Shown here one piece after another: positions 9,171 through 19,798 of a DNA stretch of 64,000 nt. The notes beneath the pieces were generated by a model. That model had not been told where the DNA came from and searched no databases. It saw nothing but the letters and a program-made list of their open reading frames with translations. The stretch lies in NCBI GenBank assembly GCA_965248445.1, contig CBDFJG010000004.1:288001-352000 (forward strand), given 5' to 3'. The position numbers and the translations under genes were made by a program. Source of the stretch: Planctomycetota bacterium. GTDB taxonomy: Bacteria; Planctomycetota; JAJSAM01; JAJVHW01. Position 1 is the first letter of the stretch, and the number at the start of each line of letters is the position of its first letter.

Positions 9171-10364
9171 ATGACGTCGCGCGAGCGCCCGGGTGAGGAG
9201 TTCGTCCTGCGATTGCTCGCAGGTGGCTTCTACGTCAGCGTCTGGGGGCTGGCGCTCCTGTTCGCCACCGCTGTGGCCTGGGTCGTGAGTGGCCCGGGTC
9301 GCGTGGGACCGTTTGGCCTCGGAGGATGGGCCATCGCGGGGTGGTGCGCGTTCACGGCGCTCTTCATCGCGCTGGCCATGGTGGGGGACGCGGCATCGCG
9401 ACGCACGGCCGGCCGACCGCTCGAACGGACGGAGGCCGGCCCGCTGTTCGAGCTGCTCGACGACGTGGCCTCCCGCCTGAACGTGCCGCCTCTGCTCGCG
9501 GTGCGCGTCAAGCCTTCGCCGCTCACCGGCGTCACGCGCGTGCGCAGGCCGGGACGCTTCCTGGTGTCCGACCGGCGGGCGATGGTGCTCGGTCTCCCGC
9601 TGGTGCGCGCGCTGACGGTCGCCGAACTGCGCGCAGTAGTGGCGCACGAGCTGGCGCATCTGGCAGGCGGGGACGTGCGGCGGGGGCGCATCGTGAACTC
9701 CGCGTGGCGGCGGATTGCACTGATGAGAACAGTGCTCGAGAAGGGCGGCGTGCTGCTCACGTGGCTCAACCCGATGTGGTGGTACGTGCGCGCGTACGGC
9801 GCGCTGCTGCAGCGGGGCGCGGGCGCGGTGCGGAAGCGCCAGGAGGTCCGCGCGGACCGCTTGGCGGCATCGGTCTCCGGCCGGGCGACGTACGCGCGCG
9901 CGCTCGTGAAGGCCGCGGCGCTCGGCATTGCGTTCCGCCGCAACGCACCCTCGCTCCTCGTGCGCGCGCATCGCGAGGGACGCACGATCACGAACTTCTT
10001 CACCGAGTTGTCGACCGCGCTGTCGGCGCTGTCACCGGCGGCCCGCCGCCGCCTGGCGCGGGATGCGCTGAGGGAGCAGGGCACGAGTGCGACGGCGCAC
10101 CCCCCGCTGCGGGAACGGCTGGCGTCGCTCGGGGCGCGGCGCGGGTCGCGGGAGCCCGACACGTCGGTGTCCGCCGTGTCGCTCGTCCCGGCGCTCGACG
10201 ACATCGAGGTCGAGATGACGCCTCTCGTGCTCCGAGGCGTGATGCTCGGACTCGGGAACCAGGTTTGGCGGCGGCAGGATCGCGCCGAGCAGGCCCGGCG
10301 GGACGCCAACATGGACCGTGAGCTCGAGGAGCTCGAGAAGAGGGAGGAAGCTACTCCAGCGTGA
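9171..10364 (+). CDS. M48-family zinc metallopeptidase
   Basis: Two N-terminal TM helices, AHELAH, QEVRADR, HPPLRERL. Confidence 0.85.
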   Translation: MTSRERPGEEFVLRLLAGGFYVSVWGLALLFATAVAWVVSGPGRVGPFGLGGWAIAGWCAFTALFIALAMVGDAASRRTAGRPLERTEAGPLFELLDDVASRLNVPPLLAVRVKPSPLTGVTRVRRPGRFLVSDRRAMVLGLPLVRALTVAELRAVVAHELAHLAGGDVRRGRIVNSAWRRIALMRTVLEKGGVLLTWLNPMWWYVRAYGALLQRGAGAVRKRQEVRADRLAASVSGRATYARALVKAAALGIAFRRNAPSLLVRAHREGRTITNFFTELSTALSALSPAARRRLARDALREQGTSATAHPPLRERLASLGARRGSREPDTSVSAVSLVPALDDIEVEMTPLVLRGVMLGLGNQVWRRQDRAEQARRDANMDRELEELEKREEATPA

Positions 10365-10866
10365 CGAGCGGGTCGCCCTTGGCGACGGCCGTGCCCGGAG
10401 TGACGTGCACCGCGGTGACGACTCCATCGGCGTCGGCGCGGATCTCGTTCTCCATCTTCATCGCCTCGAGGATGAGCAGCGGAGCGCCGTTCGCCACGGT
10501 GTCGCCCGTCGCCACCCGCACGTCGCGCACGATCCCCGGCATCACCGAGCGGATCAGCCCTCCGCCTGCGCGCCCGCCGGCGACGCTCTCCGCAGCGCGC
10601 GCGAGCTGTTCGCGCTCGTCACGGACGGCGGCATGCCAGGTCTCGCTGCCGAGCACCAGTGTCAGGCCGTCCATGCCGCCGGCCGCCACCACCGGGACGG
10701 AAGCGTCGCCGATCAGGAGCGAGTACGACCCGCTGTCCCGCACGGCTGCGAGGTCCACCACCGCCTCGCCGCCGGGCAAGTCGGGGTGCACCGCGTACGT
10801 GCGGCCCTTGCGCTCGACCAGTTCGAGGACGAGTTCGCCGCCGTCGATCTCGACGTGGTACTTCAT
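10351..10866 (-). CDS. Biotin carboxyl carrier subunit
   Basis: MPG...LEAMKMENEI biotinylation motif; ATGA overlap with the upstream gene. Confidence 0.9.
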   Translation of the reverse strand: MKYHVEIDGGELVLELVERKGRTYAVHPDLPGGEAVVDLAAVRDSGSYSLLIGDASVPVVAAGGMDGLTLVLGSETWHAAVRDEREQLARAAESVAGGRAGGGLIRSVMPGIVRDVRVATGDTVANGAPLLILEAMKMENEIRADADGVVTAVHVTPGTAVAKGDPLVTLE

Positions 10867-12401
10867 CGCGTGCCCCAGGCCTTGCCGCGGCGCCCGGCAC
10901 TCACCCACGGTGACACGGCCGAACTGCTGACCAGTGGCGCGCTGCGGCGCTGCCGGGCGCGGGCCGCCTGCCGGTGGACGAGCGCCGCCGTGATCGCGGC
11001 GGCCAGCCGGTGCCGTCCCGGACCGTGACCTGTCACGGCGTCGAGGTTGGCGTCCAACGTGCCCGTGTCGTAGTGCCCGGCGACGACAGCGTCGAGGCGG
11101 AGCAGACGTAGGGTGAACGGGATGGTGGTGTCGATCCCGCTCACGACGAACTCGCGCAGCGCGGAGCGGATACGCGAGAGCGCGGAGGCGCGGTCCAATC
11201 CCCAGCAGACGAGCTTGCCGATCATCGAGTCGTAGAAGAGTGTGACTTCCTGGCCCTCGTAGAGCGCGGCGTCGAGCCGGACGCCCGGTCCGCCGGGCAT
11301 CTCCAGGTGCACGATCGTGCCGGCCGAGGGAAAAAAACCGTGCTCGGGATTCTCGGCGCAGATCCGGACCTCGATCGCGTGTCCGTTCGGCACGAGATCG
11401 TCCTGTGTGAACGAGAGTTCGCGTCCGGCGGCGATGCGTAGCTGCTCGCGCACGATGTCGACGCCGTACACCATCTCCGTCACGGTGTGCTCGACCTGCA
11501 GGCGCGTGTTCATCTCGAGGAAGTGGTACGCGCCGTCCTGATCGACCAGGAACTCGACGGTCCCGGCGTTGACGTATCCGACCGCCGCGGCGCCGCGCAC
11601 CGCAGCCGCGGCCATCTCCGCGCGCGTTTCCGCCGGGAGCCAGGAACTCGGGCACTCCTCGACGATCTTCTGGTGGCGCCGCTGCAGCGAACACTCGCGC
11701 TCTCCGATGTGCACCGCATTGCCGTGCGTGTCGAGCAGCACCTGGATCTCGATGTGGCGCGGCCGGTCGATGCACTTCTCGACGTAGAGAGTGCCGTCGC
11801 CGAAGGACGTGACTGCTTCGCTCGAGGCGCGCTCAAAGGCGGGGGCGACGTCCTCGCTCCGGTCGACCTTGCGGATGCCCTTGCCGCCACCCCCGGACAC
11901 CGCCTTCAGCATGACCGGGTAGCCGATCTCGTCCGCGACCCGGCGCGCCTCCTCGGCGTCGGCAGCCGCTTCCAGCGTGCCGGGAACGATCGGGACGCCG
12001 GCGGCGTCCATCGCCTGCCGCGCGACGATCTTGCCGCCCATCTTGCGCATCGTGTCGCCCGACGGTCCGACGAACGCGAGGCCTGCGTCGCGGCAGGCGT
12101 CGGCGAAGTCCGCGTTCTGGCTGAGAAAACCGTATCCCGGGTGGACTCCGTCCGCGCCCGTGCGCTTGGCGGCGGCGAGGATCTTGTCCACGTTGAGATA
12201 CGTGTCTGCAGGCGACGTGCCGCGCAGCCGGATCGCCTCGTCGGCCATCCTCACGTGCGGGTCGCGGCGGTCCGCATCGGAGAACACGGCCACGCTGTCG
12301 ATCCGCTCGAGGCGGCAGGCGCGGATGATGCGCACCGCGATCTCGCCGCGGTTTGCGATGAGCACCTTGCGGAGCGACTTCGCAGGCGCTCCCGCGCTCA
12401 C
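10863..12401 (-). CDS. Acyl-CoA carboxylase biotin carboxylase subunit (propionyl-CoA carboxylase alpha-type)
   Basis: KVLIANRGEIA, HPGYGFLS, GGGGKG, ERECSLQRRHQK, EMNTRLQVEH. Confidence 0.95.
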   Translation of the reverse strand: MSAGAPAKSLRKVLIANRGEIAVRIIRACRLERIDSVAVFSDADRRDPHVRMADEAIRLRGTSPADTYLNVDKILAAAKRTGADGVHPGYGFLSQNADFADACRDAGLAFVGPSGDTMRKMGGKIVARQAMDAAGVPIVPGTLEAAADAEEARRVADEIGYPVMLKAVSGGGGKGIRKVDRSEDVAPAFERASSEAVTSFGDGTLYVEKCIDRPRHIEIQVLLDTHGNAVHIGERECSLQRRHQKIVEECPSSWLPAETRAEMAAAAVRGAAAVGYVNAGTVEFLVDQDGAYHFLEMNTRLQVEHTVTEMVYGVDIVREQLRIAAGRELSFTQDDLVPNGHAIEVRICAENPEHGFFPSAGTIVHLEMPGGPGVRLDAALYEGQEVTLFYDSMIGKLVCWGLDRASALSRIRSALREFVVSGIDTTIPFTLRLLRLDAVVAGHYDTGTLDANLDAVTGHGPGRHRLAAAITAALVHRQAARARQRRSAPLVSSSAVSPWVSAGRRGKAWGTR

Positions 12402-12417
12402 AGGGGCCCGTGCTCTC

Positions 12418-13962
12418 TCACAGGGGGATGTTCCCGTGCTTCTTGGGCGGGTTGGTGTCACGCTTGGTTCGCAGCGCGTCGAGGGCGCGGTTCAGGTGGC
12501 GCCGCGTCGTGCGCGGCTCGATGACGTCGTCGATGTACCCCGCCGCCGCGGCCGAGTACGGATCGGCGAACTTCTCGCGGTACTCCGAGATCAAGCGGGC
12601 CTCGGTGGCCGCGGGATCGTCCGATGCTGCGATCTCGCGACGGAAGATGATCTCGACGGCGCCCTGGGCGCCCATCACGGCGATCTCCGCCGACGGCCAG
12701 GCGAGGTTCACGTCACCGCGGATGTGCTTCGAGGACATGACGTCGTACGCGCCACCGTACGCCTTCCGCGTGATCACGGTCAGCTTGGGAACCGTCGCCT
12801 CGCAGTACGCGTACAGGAGCTTCGCCCCTTGGCGGATGATTCCGTTCCACTCCTGATCCGTGCCCGGCAGGAAGCCCGGCACGTCCTCGAACGTCACGAG
12901 TGGGATGTTGAACGCATCACAGAACCGGACGAATCGGGCGCCCTTGACCGATGCGGAGATGTCGAGCACGCCGGCCAGCACGGCGGGCTGGTTCGCGACG
13001 ATCCCGACGGAACGTCCGCCAAGACGCGCGAGTCCGACGACGATGTTCTGCGCGAACTCCTCGTGCACCTCGAGGAAGCTCCCGCGGTCCACGACTGCGC
13101 GAATGACGTCGCGCATCTCGTACGGGCGGTTCGGGTCCTCGGGGACGATCGAGTCGAGTGCGGTGTCCGCGCGATCGACCGGGTCGTCCTCTTCGAGGCG
13201 GGGCGGGTCTTCGGCGTTGTTCGACGGTAGATACGAGAGCAGCCGCCGCAGGAGCGACAGGCAAGCCGCGTCGTTCGCCGCGGTGAAGTGCGCCACGCCC
13301 GATTTGCCGGCGTGCGCATGCGCGCCGCCCAGCTCCTCGCTCGTGACCTCCTCGTGCGTCACCGTCTTCACGACGTTGGGCCCCGTGACGAACATGTACG
13401 ACGTCTCTTCGACCATGCAGATGAAGTCGGTGATGGCGGGGGAGTAGACCGCGCCTCCCGCGCACGGGCCCATGACCGCGGAGATCTGCGGCACGACGCC
13501 GGAGGCGAGTGTGTTGCGGAGGAAGATCTCCGCGTACCCGCCGAGCGACACCACGCCTTCCTGGATGCGCGCACCGCCGGAGTCGTTCAGGCCGACGATC
13601 GGCGCACCGACCTTCATGGCCTGATCCATCAAGCGGCAGATCTTCTCCGCGTATGCCCCGGAGAGGCTGCCGCCGAAGACGGTGAAGTCCTGGGAGAACA
13701 CGAACACCGTGCGCCCGTCGACGGTGCCGTGCCCGGTGACCACGCCGTCGCCAAGGACCTTCTTGTCCTCCATGCCGAAGTCGGAGCACCGATGCATGAC
13801 GAATGCGCCGGCCTCGACGAACGAGCCCTCGTCGAGGAACAGCTCGATGCGTTCTCGCGCCGTGAGCTTGCCGCGCTCGTGCTGCTTCGCGACTGCCTTC
13901 TCGCCGCCGCCGAGGCGGGCGCGTTCGCGCAGGTCCCCCAGACGCTCGAGCGGATCGCTCAC
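12418..13962 (-). CDS. pccB: Acyl-CoA carboxylase carboxyltransferase beta subunit
   Basis: [56 protein letters not shown]; adjacent to mce. Confidence 0.93.
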   Translation of the reverse strand: MSDPLERLGDLRERARLGGGEKAVAKQHERGKLTARERIELFLDEGSFVEAGAFVMHRCSDFGMEDKKVLGDGVVTGHGTVDGRTVFVFSQDFTVFGGSLSGAYAEKICRLMDQAMKVGAPIVGLNDSGGARIQEGVVSLGGYAEIFLRNTLASGVVPQISAVMGPCAGGAVYSPAITDFICMVEETSYMFVTGPNVVKTVTHEEVTSEELGGAHAHAGKSGVAHFTAANDAACLSLLRRLLSYLPSNNAEDPPRLEEDDPVDRADTALDSIVPEDPNRPYEMRDVIRAVVDRGSFLEVHEEFAQNIVVGLARLGGRSVGIVANQPAVLAGVLDISASVKGARFVRFCDAFNIPLVTFEDVPGFLPGTDQEWNGIIRQGAKLLYAYCEATVPKLTVITRKAYGGAYDVMSSKHIRGDVNLAWPSAEIAVMGAQGAVEIIFRREIAASDDPAATEARLISEYREKFADPYSAAAAGYIDDVIEPRTTRRHLNRALDALRTKRDTNPPKKHGNIPL

Positions 13963-14384
13963 GAAGCCGGCCGCTCCACGAGCTCCACGAGCACGCCGGC
14001 TGTGGAGCGGGGGTGCAGGAACACGATCGGGTGGCCGGAGGCGCCGATCGTCGGCTCGCGATTGACCATCTGGACGCCCTTCGCCTCAAGCTCGGCGACC
14101 TTCGCTCGAACGTCATCCACACGCAGGCAGATGTGGTGCAGACCCGGCCGGTTCTTCGCCAGGAACCGCCCGACGGGTGTGTCGTCTCCGGTCGGCTCCG
14201 TGAACTCGAGAACGCAGTTGCCGAGATCGAGCTTCACGACCTTGACGCCCTGGTCGGGAACCTCCGTGCGCTGGTGCACCGGCAGGCCGAACAGGTCGGC
14301 GAACACCGCGGCCGCCGCCTCAGCGTCCGGCGTCGCGACGTTCACATGGTCGAGCGGACCGATCGGGTTCTCGGACTCAGGCAT
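13959..14384 (-). CDS. mce: Methylmalonyl-CoA epimerase
   Basis: [35 protein letters not shown]. Confidence 0.9.
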   Translation of the reverse strand: MPESENPIGPLDHVNVATPDAEAAAAVFADLFGLPVHQRTEVPDQGVKVVKLDLGNCVLEFTEPTGDDTPVGRFLAKNRPGLHHICLRVDDVRAKVAELEAKGVQMVNREPTIGASGHPIVFLHPRSTAGVLVELVERPAS

Positions 14385-14426
14385 TGCTGTGCGGCTCCCT
14401 CCCGGGGACCGGTCGCGCGGGGGCGC

Positions 14427-15398
14427 TCAGTCCAGGAGGCCGAGACCGAATCCGTCGTCCGCCGGCTCCTCGTCCGCGGCATCGGGTGCCGTGACGACGT
14501 CCGCGACGGGCTCGGGTAGCCGTTCCGGAACGGGCTCGGGCGGAGGGGTCCGCTTCGGTACGGGCGGCTTGGGTGCTTCGAAGACCCCCATCCCGAAGTC
14601 GCCCGCCGCAGGGGCGGGGGACACCGGCGCGGGTGCCGCCGTCTTGGCCGGCTCCGACGGGTGCTCCTCGGCGCGGGGCCGTTCGTCCTGCCGCCGGCTG
14701 CGCGATCGCTGCGGCCGCTCGTCCCGTGAGCGCTCTCCGCCACGCGGGCGATCTCCGTCACGCGGGCGGTCTCCGTCACGCGGGCGGTCTCCGTCACGCG
14801 GGCGGTCTCTGCCACGGGGGCGGTCTCCGTCGCGGGGGCGGTCTCTGCCACGTGAGCGGTCTCCGTCCCGTGAGCGGTCTCCGTCACGCGGGCGGTCGCC
14901 GTCACGCGGGCGGTCGCCTTCACGCGGGCGGTCGCCTTCACGCGGGCGGTCTCCGTCACGGGGGCGGTCTCCGTCACGCGGGTGGTCTCCGTCACGCGGG
15001 CGGTCTCCGCCGCCGCCGCCCCGCCCTCCACGGCGTCCACGCCGGCGCGGCGGCCGGCCGTCGTCGCGATCCCCGCGCTCGGGCCGGTCGCCCGACGTGG
15101 CGGGGCGATCGCTCGGGCCGTCGTCCATCTCGTCGAGCAGGCCACGCAGGCGCTCGCCGCGACCCGCGGCCAGGCGGCCCTTGATCGGCTCGGGATTGAG
15201 CAACTCCTGCATCGGCACGGGGGCCGCGGGGGCGGAGCGCTCGGCGCCGCCCTCGGAGTCGGGAGATTCGGGAGTGGGTGTGTCGTTTCCGGCGTCTTCG
15301 GTCGACCTCGGTCGGTCGCCACCGCCCCCGCGGCGCCGGCGTCGTCGCCCGCGCGGTGGGCCGGATCGGCCGGACTCGGCGCTGTGTTCGGAGTCCAT
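14427..15398 (-). CDS. Intrinsically disordered Arg/Asp-rich repeat protein
   Basis: Open frame with GDRPRD hexapeptide array and C-terminal DDGFGLGLLD; TACGGT -10 box 6 nt before ATG. Confidence 0.7.
   Translation of the reverse strand: MDSEHSAESGRSGPPRGRRRRRRGGGGDRPRSTEDAGNDTPTPESPDSEGGAERSAPAAPVPMQELLNPEPIKGRLAAGRGERLRGLLDEMDDGPSDRPATSGDRPERGDRDDGRPPRRRGRRGGRGGGGGDRPRDGDHPRDGDRPRDGDRPREGDRPREGDRPRDGDRPRDGDRSRDGDRSRGRDRPRDGDRPRGRDRPRDGDRPRDGDRPRDGDRPRGGERSRDERPQRSRSRRQDERPRAEEHPSEPAKTAAPAPVSPAPAAGDFGMGVFEAPKPPVPKRTPPPEPVPERLPEPVADVVTAPDAADEEPADDGFGLGLLD
14721..15008 (-). repeat. 16 x 18-bp coding tandem repeat (GGAGACCGCCCGCGTGAC consensus)
   Basis: Counted directly; encodes GDRPRD/GDRPRE/GDRSRD variants. 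Confidence 0.95.
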
Positions 15399-15537
15399 CC
15401 CCGCACCGTAGCCTCCGCCGCGTGCAGCCTCAATCAATCCGAGCCGGATGGCCGGCCGTACCAGCCTGCGGCGGCGGCGGCCCGATCCGGAGTCCAGGCC
15501 CGGGCTCCGGAACGGACCGCCCGGGCCCCCGCCGCGC

Positions 15538-16506
15538 TCATCTGGAGAGTCCCGGCCGGCCCTCGAGTCGAAGATGCTCGATGAGGGTCGCGATCTCCTC
15601 CCGCAGGGGCGCTTCGACCGTTACGTCCTCGCCGCTCGCGGGGTGGCGGAAGGTCAGGCGGCGAGCGTGCAGCGCGAGGAGCGGACAGACCGGGGTGAGC
15701 GTCGAGACGACACCGCCGTAGAACGGGTCGGACACGATCGGGTGTCCCATCGAGAGCAGGTGCACTCGGATCTGGTGCGTGCGGCCGGTGCGCGGCTTGC
15801 AACGCACGTACGTGGCGTTGCGCAGCCGTTCGACGACCTCGACGTACGTCTCGGATTCGCGCCCGATGTCCAGGCGCACGGCCATGCGTGTCGGATGCCG
15901 GCGGTACGGACCGATCGGCGCGGAGATGAGATCCGCGTCGAGGTCCATCACTCCCTTGACCACGCACTCATACTCCTTGCGGACGGTGCGGTCGCGGAAC
16001 TGCGCGGCCAGAGCGTGGTGCGTCGCATCGTCCTTGGCGACGAGCATGACTCCGCTGGTGTCCTTGTCGAGCCGATGGACGATGCCCGGCCGGAGCGGCC
16101 CCTGCACCTGGCTGAGCTGTTCGAAGTGGTACGCCAGGGCGTTGGCGAGCGTTCCGCCGCTCGCGCCTGCTCCGGGATGCACGGTCAGCCCCGGCGGCTT
16201 GTTCACGAGGAGCAAGTGCTCGTCTTCGAACACCACGTCGAGGGGAATCTGCTCGGGCGCGGCGTACGGACGCGAGCGGGCTGCCAGCCGGACGCGGACC
16301 ACGTCTCCCGTCTCGACGCGCAGGCTGGGTCGGACCTTCTTCGCCAGGCGGTCCGAGACAGTGACGCGGCCCTCCCGGATCTGGAGCTGCATGTGGGTCC
16401 GGCTGTGCTGCGGCAGCCGTGTGACCAGGAAGCGGTCGAGGCGCTCCTCATGGTCTCCTGGTCCCACGGTGAACGTATGGTCGTACAGACGAAGGTCGTC
16501 CGGCAT
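15538..16506 (-). CDS. rluD: RluA-family 23S rRNA pseudouridine synthase
   Basis: S4 domain ERLDRFL, VNKPPGL, RPGIVHRLDKDTSG, TGRTHQIRVH. Confidence 0.93.
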   Translation of the reverse strand: MPDDLRLYDHTFTVGPGDHEERLDRFLVTRLPQHSRTHMQLQIREGRVTVSDRLAKKVRPSLRVETGDVVRVRLAARSRPYAAPEQIPLDVVFEDEHLLLVNKPPGLTVHPGAGASGGTLANALAYHFEQLSQVQGPLRPGIVHRLDKDTSGVMLVAKDDATHHALAAQFRDRTVRKEYECVVKGVMDLDADLISAPIGPYRRHPTRMAVRLDIGRESETYVEVVERLRNATYVRCKPRTGRTHQIRVHLLSMGHPIVSDPFYGGVVSTLTPVCPLLALHARRLTFRHPASGEDVTVEAPLREEIATLIEHLRLEGRPGLSR

Positions 16507-16573
16507 CCTCGGGGGATCATCGTAGGACCCGGGCTGGGACGGTAGGTCTGGCCGTACGGCAAGTCTGGGACGG

Positions 16574-18034
16574 TTGCGGAGCGACGACTTGAGCGAGACC
16601 ACGACGAGCACGACGAAGAGCGGACGCACGGGCGGTGCGCAGGGGTTCCTGCGCTACTGGGGTCCGCCGGTGGCCATCGGGCTGGTCCTCGGCGTGGTGT
16701 TCCTCTACGGCTGGCGGTTCCTGACGGTGTCACCCGTGGACCGGCTGGTGGATCAGTGGCGCTGGGCCGAGAACGAGGCGATCCGCGGGCAGAACGAAGC
16801 GCTGGCCGCAGACATCCGTGCCCTCGGACGCTCTGCCGGCGACGACCTGCTCGACGCGTTCGCCGCCGCGTCGTGCGAGTTCAGCGACCACAAGCTGTGG
16901 ATCGGCGGACTCCTGATCGACGAGCCGTTCCAGGACCTGGAGGGTCTCGCCGGACTCGCGCGCAACGGCGACGAGTGTGATCGCCGAGCCGCGTCGACGC
17001 TGCTGGCGCTCACTCTGGGCCGAGAAACCGACCACGACCTGGTGATGCCGGGCATCCTCGACTGGCTGCACGACCTCGACTCGGACTACCACGACGCGCC
17101 CATCGAAGCGGTCGTCGCGATGTTCCCGCTCTACGGTGAGTGGGACGGGCGGGCGAAGCAGGCGCTTGTGGCGCTGGCCGCGAAGCGTCCGCCGCGGACC
17201 GACGTCCCAGCGGACGAGGACTGGACCGCGCGGGACCGTTCCGACGCACTCCGTGCCCTCGTGGAATGGCTCCGTCCGGTCGCCGCCGAACCCGATGCCG
17301 AGGTACTCGCGCTCCTCACGTCCGTGCTGAACGACGAGACGGACGATTCCGGCCCTCGCATCGAGGCGCTGCGCGGACTGTCGGGCGGCAAGGCCGAACT
17401 CGGCGGCACGGAATCGTGGATCGCGGCGCTGCGCAGTGCCGACAGCGTCGTTCGGCAGGCCGCGGCCGAGCACCTCGGCGGCTCCGTCGACCCGGCCTTC
17501 GACGAGGCACTCGCTGCGCTTCACCGCGACGAGCACGAGATCGTGCGCGTCGCCTCTGTCGACACGCAGACCAAACGGCGTAGCCCGACCGTGCTCCCGG
17601 TGATCGATGAGTTGCTCGAAGACTGGGACGAGTGGGTGCGCTACGAGGCGCTCAGGTCCGTCTCCGTGTTCCGCGCGGAGCCGGGCGCCGGGTCGCGCAA
17701 CGGCATGCTCATCCGGCTGCTCGCGACGAGTACCAACAAGCAGGATATCAACGGTGCGATCCTCGCACTGTTCGCCATCACCGGGAAGCTGCCGGACGGG
17801 ATCACCGAGAGCCACTTGGACCGCATCATGTGGGAGGTCGACGAGGGCCCGCTGCAGGCGTTCATGAACGACGCCACCGCACGCAAGAACGCGGTCGTCC
17901 TGTTCCGCGAACAGTTCGGCGGTACGGCGGTGTGGACGACCTCGGACCGCGAGAAGACGCTGCGAAAGCTGCTCGAGCACCCGGACCTCAAGAACCAGGC
18001 CCGCGCAAAGGACGAACTCGAAAAGCTGAAGTAG
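16574..18034 (+). CDS. Membrane-anchored HEAT-repeat protein
   Basis: N-terminal TM (VAIGLVLGVVFLYGW); DSVVRQAAA, EIVRVAS, DEWVRYEAL repeats; start uncertain. Confidence 0.75.
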   Translation: MRSDDLSETTTSTTKSGRTGGAQGFLRYWGPPVAIGLVLGVVFLYGWRFLTVSPVDRLVDQWRWAENEAIRGQNEALAADIRALGRSAGDDLLDAFAAASCEFSDHKLWIGGLLIDEPFQDLEGLAGLARNGDECDRRAASTLLALTLGRETDHDLVMPGILDWLHDLDSDYHDAPIEAVVAMFPLYGEWDGRAKQALVALAAKRPPRTDVPADEDWTARDRSDALRALVEWLRPVAAEPDAEVLALLTSVLNDETDDSGPRIEALRGLSGGKAELGGTESWIAALRSADSVVRQAAAEHLGGSVDPAFDEALAALHRDEHEIVRVASVDTQTKRRSPTVLPVIDELLEDWDEWVRYEALRSVSVFRAEPGAGSRNGMLIRLLATSTNKQDINGAILALFAITGKLPDGITESHLDRIMWEVDEGPLQAFMNDATARKNAVVLFREQFGGTAVWTTSDREKTLRKLLEHPDLKNQARAKDELEKLK

Positions 18035-18103
18035 CGGCAGGGCGGGCCGCTGCGCCCGCCCGCGCCCCAAGTCCACGCGTCAGCGGAGGCGTGCAACCGA
18101 TCA

Positions 18104-18294
18104 CGCGAGCGTCGCGGGAGGGGCAGCGCCCCGCCCCTACAGCCACGTTGTTCTCGTTGCGCGAATGCGGCGGGCGCGCGGGTTGCGCAGCAGCCCGCGT
18201 GCCCGTAGCCCTCCGTAGCGGTCGGAGACCGCGTAGGAGGGAAACACATCCTGAGGAGCCGGCACGAGGATCGCCTCGCGATCCTCGTGACGAG
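18104..18294. repeat. Structured dispersed repeat (REP/BIME-like), copy 1
   Basis: Colinear with 26059-26247; GTAG-GGGCGGGGC-GCT-GCCCCTCCC hairpin on the minus strand. Confidence 0.85.
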
Positions 18295-19797
18295 CTACCT
18301 CAGGATCACGTTGGCGGTGTCGTTGCGGACGTCGATGCCGAACTTGTTCAGCCTCTCCGCGACGACGTCCTCGCGAACGCGGTGCGCGATCTCTGCGAAA
18401 GGCGGCGCCGGACGCCGGGCCTCGACGAACACGACGTGCCAGCCGACCTTGCTGCGCACGGGCCGCGACAGCTCACCGACCGTGCCCTCGAATGCGAGCT
18501 TCGCCAGCAGCGACTCGCCCTCGACCGTGAGTCGCGACCACACCGCCGGCTCGCCGGCCGCGCGACGCGCCGTGTCGTTGCGCGCCATGCTCTTCGCGAC
18601 CTCGGTGACGGCCACCGCGACGGGCACACGTGAACGCTCGCCGCCCGGGCTGTCGAGTCCGGCACTCGTGCGCACATCGACGTAGGCGCCGAGCGCCTGC
18701 TTCCACGCCTGCTTGAACGTCGGCAGCTTGAACTCTCCGCTCCCCGCGTCCTGGGCGGCGACGAAGACCTGGCGGACCATCGCGCGCTCGCCGTACAGCT
18801 CGCGGCTGGCCTCCCAGTGCGCTCTCACCTCGGGGTCCGTCACCGTGCGATTGAGCAGGCGGCGCATGCCGATGCGGGAGCTGAACGTGGGGTCGTTCCG
18901 GAGGTCTTCGACGGTCAAGCCCTTCGAGCGCACCAGGAACTGCTCGAACTTGATGCCGAGATCCTGGACCTGCGGGTCCTCGAGGAACCGCTCGCGCATC
19001 CGGTCGATGGCTGCATCGACCTCCCGCGGCGTGACGGTCTCGCCCTCGCGGCGGAGCCGGTGCTCGGCTGCAGCGGCCTCGACGAGTTCCATGACGACGC
19101 CCTGCACCATCTCTTGCGGGAGCTTGTTGCGTAGGTGCTTCGCGAACGCATGTCTGTTGATGGTCTGCGAGCCGGCGCGCGCCAGCACGCCGCCGGGCAG
19201 CGCCTCGATGACGGCGCCCTTCAACACGTCGTCGGCCGCAGGCGAGAGTTCGACGACGCCCACGCCCAGGCGCTTGCGCATCGAGTAGAGCCAGAGCTTC
19301 AGGAGTCGCTCGCTGATCTCCTCGCCGGGTTTCCGGCCGAGATCGACGCGGGCCATCTTCTCGCGGAGGATGAACTCCCGGGCCGTCGCGCGAAACTCCT
19401 GGCGCGTGCTGCCCTCGTAGATCGTCTCGATCGTGTCCTGGTTGCGGCTGCGCTGGCGGATGTTCGCATCGACGTTCGCTATGTACGCGTCGAGTTCGGA
19501 AGCCGTGACCGTGATGCCGCGACGGGCGGCCTCCTGCTCGACGATGGATGCGTCGATCATCTGACTGAGCAGTTCCGCGCCCCGCTGGCTCTTCGCGTAG
19601 TTGCGCGCCAGTCGGTCGAGAACGTCGCTCTCGCGGATGTCTTTGCCGTAGACCCGTGCCGCGATGCCCGCGGGGAGGCGGCTGTCTTGTGCTGCGGCCA
19701 CACCCGCCGGGCCGAGGGTGCTCGGCGCCGAGGCGAGTGCTACCGCGAGGGCCAGCGCTGCCGCGAGCAGCAGGGTCAGTGCGTGAGAAATGCGCAT
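18295..19797 (-). CDS. Exported SurA/PpiC-like peptidyl-prolyl isomerase / chaperone
   Basis: Signal peptide, two SurA_N-like segments (ARVYGKDI...ITVT..E), GELSRPVRSKVGWHV. Confidence 0.75.
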   Translation of the reverse strand: MRISHALTLLLAAALALAVALASAPSTLGPAGVAAAQDSRLPAGIAARVYGKDIRESDVLDRLARNYAKSQRGAELLSQMIDASIVEQEAARRGITVTASELDAYIANVDANIRQRSRNQDTIETIYEGSTRQEFRATAREFILREKMARVDLGRKPGEEISERLLKLWLYSMRKRLGVGVVELSPAADDVLKGAVIEALPGGVLARAGSQTINRHAFAKHLRNKLPQEMVQGVVMELVEAAAAEHRLRREGETVTPREVDAAIDRMRERFLEDPQVQDLGIKFEQFLVRSKGLTVEDLRNDPTFSSRIGMRRLLNRTVTDPEVRAHWEASRELYGERAMVRQVFVAAQDAGSGEFKLPTFKQAWKQALGAYVDVRTSAGLDSPGGERSRVPVAVAVTEVAKSMARNDTARRAAGEPAVWSRLTVEGESLLAKLAFEGTVGELSRPVRSKVGWHVVFVEARRPAPPFAEIAHRVREDVVAERLNKFGIDVRNDTANVILR

Positions 19798-19798
19798 G

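Noticed and set aside
14721..15008. CRISPR array
   Set aside because: Contiguous in-frame 18-bp units with no spacers and no cas genes
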